A program made the position numbers and the translations under genes. A stretch of DNA of 59,980 bases. It comes from Octopus bimaculoides (taxonomy: Eukaryota). The DNA is taken from the NCBI RefSeq assembly GCF_001194135.2, contig NC_069000.1, forward strand, positions 32,400,876-32,460,855, written 5' to 3'. Under the pieces are notes generated by a model. The model was not told where the DNA came from. It saw only the letters and a program-made list of their open reading frames with translations, and did no database searches. Below are positions 1-11,137 of this stretch, piece after piece. The number at the start of each line of letters is the position of its first letter. Position 1 is the first letter of the stretch.

Positions 1-269
1 TATATATATATATATATATGAGAGTAGGTCTCCAGTAGGTCTGGCATTACTAAAGTTGTACTGGCGGATATTAAAGAAGGAGAGGCTTTAAAAGTACTGG
101 ATAAAGTAGCTATTAATGATGTCTCCCTCCCATTTGAGATGATGAATGCGCTGGAACAAGGATTGGCAAGATCAGAATGATCTTCTTTCTTGTGAATGAC
201 ACATTTTGCATCGTATGATATCTAACTGGAGAAAGAAACAAAGAGGAAGTGAGACAGAAAAAGAGAGCG

Positions 270-271
<2 letters not shown>

Positions 272-321
<50 letters not shown>
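272..321. repeat. (GA)n microsatellite
   Basis: Uninterrupted GA dinucleotide run read directly. Confidence 0.97.
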
Positions 322-326
<5 letters not shown>

Positions 327-1347
327 AGAGAGACAAAGAGAAAGAGAAAGATTGTGAAGTTTAATGAGCTAAAAGGCTAATCTGCTACACATTGTTCAAG
401 GCTAAACTATGGAATAATGTTGGAGACCAGTAACCCTGTTAATATGAAGCGACCAGCAATGCTGTTAGCCTTGATGTTTATAAATGTGTAGGATTTCAGT
501 AGAGTTAACTCTGCAAATGCTTTCTCGTGTACATTAAAGGGAAAGAGAGAGAGGAAGGGAAGAGATTGGAGGAAGAGAAAGATGAGGAAGCGGGGGAAGC
601 AAGAAGGAGGGAGCGAGAGAGAAGGCGAGACAGATTTTAGGGATGGTAGAAGAAGGAGGAAGAAAATCTGTCTCAAAACATTACAGTAAGTAGTAAACAA
701 GCTTTTAACCTTTTTTTGTCTTTTTGACACTCCTTAAAAAGACCAATTCTCTCTCTTTTACCACATCCATGTCTCTATCTGTCTGACTATCAGTCTATCT
801 ATCTATCTCTCTATCTGCCTATCTATCTATCTATCTATTTGCTTATACATCTTCCATTGTCTCCAAAGCCTCACCCCCAAAAAACAAAAAAACAAAACAA
901 TGTTCTGTTATAAACAAAACCCCCCAAAACACCTGTTTTTATATAAATATGCTAGATCTCTGTATTTTCACAGAATTATAGACGAACGAAAGCGCTATAA
1001 TATGTATAAAATAAATGAAAGAAGTTATTCNNNNNNNNNNNNNNNNNNNNNNNNNNNNNNNNNNNNNNNNNNNNNNNNNNNNNNNNNNNNNNNNNNNNNN
1101 NNNNNNNNNNNNNNNNNNNNNNNNNNNNNNNNNNNNNNNNNNNNNNNNNNNNNNNNNNNNNNNNNNNNNNNNNNNNNNNNNNNNNNNNNNNNNNNNNNNN
1201 NNNNNNNNNNNNNNNNNNNNNNNNNNNNNNNNNNNNNNNNNNNNNNNNNNNNNNNNNNNNNNNNNNNNNNNNNNNNNNNNNNNNNNNNNNNNNNNNNNNN
1301 NNNNNNNNNNNNNNNTATGTATGTATGTATGTATGTATGTATATATA

Positions 1348-1750
1348 GGCATAGGAGTGGCTGTGTGGTAAGTAGCTTGCTTACGAACCGCATGGTTCCG
1401 GGTTCAGTCCCACTGCATGGCATCTTGGGCAAGTGTCTTCTACTATAGCCTCGGGCCGAACAAAGCATTGTGAGTGGATTTGGTAGACGGAAACTGAAAG
1501 AAGCCCGTCGTATGTATGTATATCTAAATATATATATGTGTGTGTATATGCTTGTGTATCTGTGTTTGTCCCCCCAACATCGCTTGACAACCGATGCTGG
1601 TGTGTTTACGTCCCCGTAACTTAGCAGTTCGGCAAAAGAGACCAACAGAATAAGTACTAGGCTTACAAAGAATAAGCCCTGGGGACGATTTGCTCGACTA
1701 AGGGCGGTGCTCCAGCACTAAAACAAGTAAAAGAGTTAAGAGTAAAAGAG
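1348..1750 (+). mobile_element. tRNA-derived SINE, family 1 (CORE-like), near full length
   Basis: The tRNA-like head has an A-box (TGGCTGTGTGGTAAG) and B-box (GGTTCAGTCCC), then CTTGGGCAAGTG resembling the CORE domain. It has an internal TA/TG microsatellite and a TAAAAGAG-type tail. Homologous copies lie at 16.8, 33.0, 40.4 and 45.4 kb. Confidence 0.92.
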
Positions 1751-2342
1751 TATATATATATATATATATATATAGTAAAGTTAATCGCGAAATCAATGTG
1801 GCTGTTCCATGTTACTACTAGTTTAACCCAAGTCTTGATTGCAAATTAGTGACTGATGATCGCTTTGTTTACAATATATTGCTAGCTAGAGCGGACTCTA
1901 GCCATATATCTGGCAACCAGGTGTTCGCGACTGAGGTGAGGAAATTAGCTCGAAACCGAATCGGTGGCATAATCTTGTCTGCTGGAGTATGGTAGGTGTT
2001 CGCTCCTCTACTGGCGATATAAATTTACTGGGTGTAGTGCTGCACTGCTGAGGATTAAGATGGTCTACATCATCATTCGATATCACGATCCGTTATGTAT
2101 GCTGGGGACTTACCTCCCTTTGTCAGTCACTTTGGTCAGTGTGTTTGTGGATTTGAGTTGATTTAACTCTTTAGCAAAAGCGGTGCTAGTGCACCCTCTA
2201 TCACTTTTGTATCCTCTATTAACTTTGCCTTTAGTTTCTAATTGCTAATAAGCCACCCTTCTTAATTTGCTGTTTACACTTTTACCGTTTTGGAAATCAG
2301 CACACGTTTTCAACGGTTTTTCTTATAAGACAGACAGAGATA

Positions 2343-2925
2343 GTTGCCCACACCCTGGGGCAGCAAAGGCGCAAGAAACATCGTCACCAGGGGAAGGCAA
2401 CAGCAGCAATTAAGTTTGTGAAAAAGGGAGAGAGACCGGAAGTCAGCAAAAATTATACTTAGCTTGCTTCATAGATCTCAACCATTGAATATGGAAGTGC
2501 ACTTGGTGGAGAGATTGTAGCTTCCGAAGGTTGTCCATACAAACTTGAGGCCAGATGTGGCCCTGTGGTCCGTAAAGGCCAAGAAGATTATCTTAATTGA
2601 ACTCACAGTCTCGTAGGAAGAGGAGTATGATGAGGCCCCTGAACGGAAGCGTGCCAGATATGAGAGCCTTCTGCAGGATTGTGGGGAGAAAGGGTGGCAT
2701 GTATGGCTTTTGCCACTCGAGGTTGGTTGTAGGCATGTAGGATGCTTACAGCAATTGGAAAGAGAGGTAAGGAACAAAGGGTGGCTGTGCGCAGGTTGGG
2801 AGACACAGCTGAAAGAGGTGGCTTTGGAGCAAGAGAGAAGAGTTAAACTGAAAACTTGGCAACCTTTGCTGACCACCAACGGGAGGGTGTTACGCTTCAG
2901 AGTCGAAACACCCAATGAACGTTGG
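2343..2925 (+). mobile_element. 3' fragment of an RLE-type non-LTR retrotransposon (R2 superfamily, HERO-like), degenerate endonuclease domain plus 3' UTR
   Basis: Manual translation gives AHTLGQQRRKK..AIKFVKKGE, then from 2491 TNLRPDVALWSVKAKKIILIELTVS*EEEYDEAPERKRARYESLLQDCGEKGWHVWLLPLEVGCR (PD..ExT/K restriction-like endonuclease), then VAVRRLGDTAER. In-frame stops and a deletion show decay. Confidence 0.85.
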
Positions 2926-3076
2926 ATACCATACCCTGCCACCATACCCTGCCACCATACCCTGCCACCATACCCTGCCACCATACNNNNNNNNNNCCAC
3001 CATACCCTGCCACCATACCCTGCCACCATACCCTGCCACCATACCCTGCCACCATCCCCTGCCACCATCCCCTGCC
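2926..3076. repeat. 13-bp minisatellite (ATACCCTGCCACC)n
   Basis: About 10 visible tandem units around a 10-N gap; the last two units carry ATCCCC instead of ATACCC. Confidence 0.95.
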
Positions 3077-3353
3077 GGAGCCTCGTGGAACTGTTTAAGA
3101 TAAATGCTAGCTCTCGAACACAGTTTTTTAATATGAACAAACGAAGTGCTATCGGAACTGGAGGTTTAGTTGAGGTAGTATAATGAGAACAGATTTATGA
3201 TTTTGAATGCAGGAACTGTGTGAATGAGGTCCAATGAGAATACAACGTCATGACTGATAAGTCATGAATACAAGTATGTAAGAATATATGAATGCACGAA
3301 CACATCTGAAATAAAATAATATTATAAAATGTCAAAAACATAATATATTATAC

Positions 3354-3687
3354 CTGTTGAACAACCCGGATAATGTTTTATAGTTGTCTTGAAGTATATC
3401 ATAGTTCCTTTCTAATTCATCATAGCGTTCCTGTTGACGTTGTATCCGTTGTTGTAAATAAGCTAGCTCCCATTTTTGTGTTGAATTTTCACGAACAAGC
3501 ACACGGTTGTGGTCAGCCACAATCAAATAGCTGGCTTTGTATTTCCGGCAGTTCGATTTCCACCTGTCCAGTTCTCGGTGACATTTTTTACTGTCATCTT
3601 TCAGAGCTTGGATTTCCTTGATCAATTCTTCAGCACTGGCATTGTGGGCATTATCCGCAATAGGAAAATGTGTCATAACAGCACAAT
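3354..3687 (-). CDS. Coding exon of an unidentified gene, coiled-coil segment
   Basis: 334-nt open exon bounded by acceptor ttttgttttcaaatttcag| and donor CAG|gtataa. The peptide MTHFPIADNAHNASAEELIKEIQALKDDSKKCHRELDRWK...LQQRIQRQQERYDELERNYDILQDNYKTLSGLFN has clear heptad periodicity and is non-repetitive. No family recognised. Confidence 0.62.
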
Positions 3688-3864
3688 CTGAAATTTGAAA
3701 ACAAAATTATTATTGTTAATTTTTTTATTATTATTATTACGAGAAACACATAAATCATCATCATCACCATCGTCGTCACCATCATCACCATCGTCGTCAC
3801 CATCATCATCATAACCATCCGCCTCCCATAATTTCGGAGTTAATAAAATGAAGTAACATTCAAC

Positions 3865-4050
3865 AGCATGGGTCGATATAATCGACGCACTGTACCCTAC
3901 AAAATTAATGGACTGTGCCTTTGGCTGAATCGTTAAATCGTCGACAAAATTACTCTTTATATTCTGTGTTTAAATACAGCCGATATTAAGATTACTTTTC
4001 CTCCTTCTGGGGTCGATGATATAAATTATCAGTCAAATACTGGTATCAAT
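3865..4050 (+). mobile_element. Degenerate SINE family 2 fragments
   Basis: Motifs GGGTCGATATAATCGAC and CTGGGGTCGAT..AAATTATCAGTCAAATACTGG match the 24.46-kb copy. Confidence 0.6.
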
Positions 4051-5311
4051 GGTACCAGCTGGTCCGCTCTCCTTATTATTGACTCAGTACTTCATTCAGA
4101 ACTCACTTTTAACATCGAACATTAATTATAAAGCTGAAGGAAGATCAAATATCGGGGAAATATGACATGACTTTCAAAGTTAGTACATCGGCGCACAATG
4201 TGGAAAAGTGTAACAGACAATCAAATCGATCCATGTATTTAAATTGATACTTAATACTTTGATATTACACCGATGGAGTGGTAACCAACTCCAAGTTTAT
4301 TAATCAAGCATTTAATTTTTTTGGTTTTTTGGGGGGTTTTTTTGCTACAAGAAAGAAGAGAAACAATTCTAGAAATGTCGAACTTTATGCAGGCTTTATT
4401 AACGGAAACATAAACCTCATTATANNNNNNNNNNNNNNNNNNNNNNNNNNNNNNNNNNNNNNNNNNNNNNNNNNNNNNNNNNNNNNNNNNNNNNNNNNNN
4501 NNNNNNATATATGTATTTATATACACACATAAATATATACATACATACATATATACACAGATAGATAGATAGATAGATAGACAGATAGATAGATAGATAG
4601 ATAGATTCAGATACACTGTATATATCTTTGTATATACATAAATAAGTATATATTCATAAGTCTGTATATAAATATATGTGTGTGTATGTATACATATACA
4701 TACATTTGACATAAATATACACATATATACACATATATACGCATATGTATATACGCACACGCACACACATATTTCACGATGTAGAAAGGGAAAAATTGCA
4801 AAATAAAATCAGTGAGAGTATGAACTCATATTTAATTCTTTGAGCCTCGAGAGAAAAATGCATTCTGCAATATAATGGAATATAATAGACTTAGTGAATG
4901 ATAAATAAATAAAAATCTTTCCTCTTTTTTTTTCTAAAAAAATAGGCATGCTTAAGTCTCATTCTTGTTACCTCAAAAAAAAATAATAATGAATATTTAA
5001 ATAAAATAAAATATACTGCCTTGATATGATATATTAAGTGACATATAGCTAAAGATTAGTACCCGCAACCAGGGTCTTTTAAATGTAGCCTGTATATACG
5101 TATTTAGAAATAATACAATGCTTTCAGGCCGGTAGAATCCGACAGAGATAAAACTTTATCACATATCTTCATGTTATAACGTTCCATCTTAAAGTATAAT
5201 CAATTGGACATGCTGAAAATAAACCACAGGCGCAAGCGGCGGCTATCAATAATAATAATAATAATAATAATTAGGATATTAAATAATTGATATAAATGCA
5301 CTATAATGAAA

Positions 5312-5366
<55 letters not shown>

Positions 5367-5402
5367 CGACGACGAAGACGACGACGACGATGATGATGAT
5401 GA
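5312..5402. repeat. (GAT)n/(GAC)n compound microsatellite
   Basis: Read directly. Confidence 0.95.
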
Positions 5403-5719
5403 GTGATGTATGTAATATTTTCTGGAAAAGAACATAAATGAAATCTAGTTCAATAGATGTAATATGTTTAATTTCATAGTAAATGTGGTACTACACACAC
5501 ACACACACACACTAACATTAAGCATGCATGCGTGTGTGTGTGTGTAACATTGTATATATTTGTGTGCGTGCGTGTACAATTGCATGCATTCGAACACAGT
5601 ATTATATAAATGCATCGTCCCATAAAACAATATTTTCTTGCTATATTTGAACCGAAGTCATATGTGTCTGTGTATGTATGCATGTATGTATGTATGCATG
5701 TATGTATTATGTATATATG

Positions 5720-5757
<38 letters not shown>

Positions 5758-6031
5758 AATGTATGAGTGTTAGGATTTGGCATCTAGTAAATGTTTTAAC
5801 CATAAAAGTTCTCGTGTAAGGATACAGATAGAGGTGAGCTGGCCATATTTTCCGTATTTTAAATGAGATTTCCAAATTTTGTACTGTACGTTGATCTGTG
5901 TTTTGCCAAAGAACCTTTTCTGCTTATAAAACGAAGTTATGATAAAAGGAGAAAAAGAAAAAAAAGGAGAGAGAGAAAAAGAGAGAGAGAGAGAGAGAAA
6001 GAGAGAAAGAGAGAGTGTGTGTGTGTGTGTG

Positions 6032-6073
<42 letters not shown>

Positions 6074-8933
6074 NNNNNNNNNNNNNNNNNNNNNNNNNNN
6101 NNNNNNNNNNNNNNNNNNNNNNNNNNNNNNNNNNNNNNNNNNNNNNNNNNNNNNNNNNNNNNNNNNNNNNNNNNNNNNNNNNNNNNNNNNNNNNNNNNNN
6201 NNNNNNNNNNNNNNNNNNNNNNNNNNNNNNNNNNNNNNNNNNNNNNNNNNNNNNNNNNNNNNNNNNNNNNNNNNNNNNNNNNNNNNNNNNNNNNNNNNNN
6301 NNNNNNNNNNNNNNNNNNNNNNNNNNNNNNNNNNNNNNNNNNNNNNNNNNNNNNNNNNNNNNNNNNNNNNNNNNNNNNNNNNNNNNNNNNNNNNNNNNNN
6401 NNNNNNNNNNNNNNNNNNNNNNNNNNNNNNNNNNNNNNNNNNNNNNNNNNNNNNNNNNNNNNNNNNNNNNNNNNTATGTGTGTGTGTGTATGTATATCCC
6501 ACTACTCTTTTCTATGTAGCGTTTTGTTTTGAAATCTCAAATAGCAATTTGCATAATAATGTGCGGCGAAATTAACTGGTTGTATATTCCGACAATGACT
6601 TCAACCTTTAAGACAACAAACTACAGGTCAACTGTAGCTGTAAAGTCAACCTTTGCTTTACAACCTTTAATAAGGTCGTATTGTGACGTGTTCAAAACAT
6701 TTAGGCTTATTTTACGATTAGAATAAAAATAGCACTTCACATGTTTTTAATTGTTTTCCTACTTTTAGAATTTTCGGAAAGAATTCAGAATTAAGTAGAA
6801 TCTTAAATCATATAATACTGTTTGGATAGACAAAAAAAAGTAGTTGGTCTGGTCGTCATTGCTGTTGCTGCTGTTGTTGTTGTTGTTACATTTGCTTCTG
6901 TTGCTGGTGTTGTTGTTAATGCTGTTGTTGGTATTGTCGCCTTGCTGTTTTTGCTTCTTGATATTGTTGTTCTTTATGTTTTTATGGAGGTCATTATTGA
7001 ATATGCTGTTGCTGTTTCTATAACTGCCATTCTGGCTGTTGTAGTTGTCATTCTTTCTGTTGTCGTTGCTGCTGTCGTTGCTAGTCTGATGGTTTTGTTA
7101 CTGCGATTGCTATTATAGCTCCCACCACTACTACTGCCAAAGCTGTCTTTTATTTGTAGCGTCGTTGTTGTTGTTGTTGTTATTCTTACTGAAGCTTCAG
7201 TACTTCAGTTATGACCATGCAGATAATGTGGGTGCGACTCACAGACATACTTTCAACAGTTACCATGCCTCCCCCACCTGGTTAAAATCGTCATGGCACA
7301 CACCTCTCATGAAGTTTTCATTTCCTGAAAATTACTTACTTTCCTGGGTAGATTTTATATATGTCGAGTCGTGGAAGCCCTAAGCTGAAAATGCACAACA
7401 GTCAGTATAGTCCTCGCATGATATTTATTATTTGTATATCATCGAGGAGCGCTTGGTACTCGTCCTTCATCTCTATCTTCGTCAGCATTTATGATTCGTC
7501 CTCTTAGCCATTAGAACTTACACGTGCTAGCAGACACCTCCCATTTGCAGCATTATTACTAATTACTTTGACACTCACCACTTGCTCATGCTGTTCCATG
7601 GATAACACCATCGACATTGCCTTTCACGGTGACACTGGCAAGACATCAATACCATATTTTGTGGTACCATCCTACTAGTAGTAGTATCATGCGCCAGTTT
7701 ATCCCATTTAACTGCGTCCTCAATTTTGGAAAGAAAGCACAGCTTCATATAAGTGTGACTCTGAATGACGAAAGATGATATCAACCTCACTAATAACCTG
7801 GGTTACCTTCTTTGAGGACATTTAGAAAGTCTCGACATTTAACAAATGCACTTACGTCACTTCCTTCTTTGTTTTCTCGGATAAAGATTTAAAGCTGGAA
7901 GAACATTTCCTTGGTTATATATCGTTGCCACCTAGATAATTTCTCCGGCATATCGCATATACTTACAGCTCAATTGCTAACGAAACTAGCAGAAGTATTA
8001 TGTGGCAGACTTGTTTATGGCGACCAAAACTTCCTCATTAAAATAGATATATATTCTTCTTTTGAGAAATACTGTATATCTGTTGTTTCTGTCGCTGCTG
8101 TTTTTGTAGTTAATAATTCAAAACATCGTTCAAACTGTTGAATCTGACTGACATTACTGATGGCTTAAATATCATTTTCTTTTCATGTACAATGCACGAG
8201 TGTTGCTGTGAAATTAAATTTTTTCTATATTTTTCTGTTCTGTGTAGTTGTTCATGTTCACCGTTGTAATGAGGCGAGTTTTTTTTTTCTTTCTTTTCTG
8301 ATGAGAGGCACTCTTCACTTGAAATTTGAGCAGATCCAAGAAAAAAATTAATTATGTCTATACATACTAGACTTCATGTCTCTCCTTGCAACGAGTAAAT
8401 GTCCAACGTGTTCCAGAAGATTCCTCGTTGAAAATTATCCCTCAAAGAAATATATTTGTTTTCAGTTGTACTTGGTGATAGAAAAAAAATCTTTCCTAAC
8501 TGGGAAAATATATACCTGCTCACACCAACCAATAATAATACAATAATGATGATGATGATGATGATGATGATGAGGAGGAGGAGGAGGAGGAGGATGATGA
8601 TGATGATTAAAAAGAAGAAACTACATCTAGAACAACAATAGCGATACTGAGAAAAATTAAGTCAATTAAGAATTGCAGTACATTGAGAAATGTGACGAAT
8701 TCCAGAAAATACGTCTATTTATAGAATCTGATGAGATGGATTGTAAAGAAAACTATCTTGTTTTTGTATCATTTTTACTGTATTGCTGATGTTTTTAATG
8801 ATTATTTTTAAAGTATATTTTATATATTTTTTTCTTCTACCAATTACAAGAATTCTGAGATTTAATCGATTCCTGTTCCAATTTGTCATTTGATCTATCT
8901 TTTGCTAGTTTCGTTAGCTGCTGAAAGAATGTT

Positions 8934-8968
<35 letters not shown>

Positions 8969-9371
8969 TTATTCTTGTTCCTCTTGTTCTTGTTCTTGTA
9001 TGAAGTGGTTTTGTTATTGTTAATTATACTGGTGGCTGTGTATGTGTATGTGCGTACGTGTGTGCGTGTTCACGCGCGCACGTGTGTATGTGTGTTTGTG
9101 TTAGTGTGTTAGTGCTGGTTTTTACTAGTGTTGTTCTGGATGGTATGGATAACAGTGATGATGGCTTTCGATATTGGCTTTTGATTTCGGTTTTCTTGTT
9201 TGTTGGATGTGCAGTTGCCTCATATTCTTGTGTTCCTTGATTTTATAAAGTTTGATAAAGATGGAGTTGTATTTGTTGTTATTGCTGTTGACGAGGATGT
9301 TGTAGTTTAGCCTCAGGTCAGCGCTATATAAGACAACATCATCCGTCTTAGACAAATATAAGCGAATGGTT

Positions 9372-9512
9372 GAAATGGTCTTTTCGCAACTGCGTGTCCT
9401 AGGTTCGATCCCACTCTGAGATATTAATATATCTCTTTTGATAAGAGTACGAGTCGACCCAAGCTTCGAGAATGATTTGGGTAAACTGAAACAGAGAAGA
9501 AGCCCATCGGTT
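9372..9512 (+). mobile_element. Degenerate 5' part of SINE family 1
   Basis: B-box GGTTCGATCCCACT and downstream GATTTGGGTAAAC.GAAAC.GAGAAGAAGCCCATCG match the 1348 copy. Confidence 0.6.
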
Positions 9513-10284
9513 GTATTGTACCTTTTATTCAAATATCTAGTTTTGACACACATTTCATTCCCTAGATCCTGCACGAGAACCGAGTAAAGAGTACGTGTGT
9601 GTGAGGAAAGTTCGACAACTTATATTCTAATTGAATGAGAACGTAGTTCATTATTGATCAAACGGCCAAATACTCATCTTCGAAAACAACGAAGGTCCAT
9701 TAGACAAGGCGACAAGAATTAACTAGAATGAACGTTCGTTGATCCGAATGAATGCCGCTGGTTATTAAGCTCTGTTATTATCATTATTATTTGACCTTAT
9801 GTCAACGATGCTCCAAGAGATGTTGGATCAACCACTTTCAGTTTCTGAGAATCATTTAACCAAATTTATAGATCATACTTTATTTCATGGAAGATAACTA
9901 AGTCTTTTCGAATAAATAACTTGTCTTTGAGATCATAGCATTGATTACGTCTCTTTTATTTTAAACCGATTACAGATTGAATGGCTGATACATTTCCTAT
10001 TTACTCTAAATGTATTTAATTCTATAGATAACGATATTTACAGATTCTTTCTGGAACGTGGCTAAGTAAAGTGGCTATTCCTAGCAGATGAAAGTATGTC
10101 ATCAGATTTCTATCTAGATAATGCAAACATTTCGACGGTACCATTATAAAATCTTTTAAGTTTATAGTTACGACGAATGAAGTTTCTTAGAAAATCAAGG
10201 CATTCTTAGAAGAAATAATTATCTACACCAGTGACAAATAGTAACTACGATTAGAAACACTACTACTACTACTACTACTACTAC

Positions 10285-10317
<33 letters not shown>

Positions 10318-11077
10318 TAATACAACTACTACTAATACTACGACGACGACCACCACCACCACCTCCACCACGACCACCACNNNNNNNNNNNNNNNNNNNN
10401 NNNNNNNNNNNNNNNNNNNNNNNNNNNNNNNNNNNNNNNNNNNNNNNNNNNNNNNNNNNNNNNNNNNNNNNNNNNNNNNNNNNNNNNNNNNNNNNNNNNN
10501 NNNNNNNNNNNNNNNNNNNNNNNNNNNNNNNNNNNNNNNNNNNNNNNNNNNNNNNNNNNNNNNNNNNNNNNNNNNNNNNNNNNNNNNNNNNNNNNNNNNN
10601 NNNNNNNNNNNNNNNNNNNNNNNNNNNNNNNNNNNNNNNNNNNNNNNNNNNNNNNNNNNNNNNNNNNNNNNNNNNNNNNNNNNNNNNNNNNNNNNNNNNN
10701 NNNNNNNNNNNNNNNNNNNNNNNNNNNNNNNNNNNNNNNNNNNNNNNNNNNNNNNNNNNNNNNNNNNNNNNNNNNNNNNNNNNNNNNNNNNNNNNNNNNN
10801 NNNNNNNNNNNNNNNNNNNNNNNNNNNNNNNNNNNNNNNNNNNNNNNNNNNNNNNNNNNNNNNNNNNNNNNNNNNNNNNNNNNNNNNNNNNNNNNNNNNN
10901 NNNNNNNNNNNNNNNNNNNNNNNNNNNNNNNNNNNNNNNNNNNNNNNNNNNNNNNNNNNNNNNNNNNNNNNNNNNNNNNNNNNNNNNNNNNNNNNNNNNN
11001 NNNNNNNNNNNNNNNNNNNNNNNNNNNNNNNNNNNNNNNNNNNNNNNNNNNNNNNNNNNNNNNNNNNNNNNNNNNNN

Positions 11078-11137
<60 letters not shown>

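Noticed and set aside
1348-1420. tRNA-like sequence with A and B boxes (also at other SINE heads)
   Set aside because: It has no complete cloverleaf and continues into a SINE body, so it is not a tRNA gene.
1780-1875. Hammerhead-like GAAA ... CTGATGA motifs (also near 8290, 8725 and 11510)
   Set aside because: Helices I and II cannot be formed; such short motifs are expected by chance.
2926-3076. CRISPR-like array
   Set aside because: The 13-bp units are contiguous, with no unique spacers and no cas genes.
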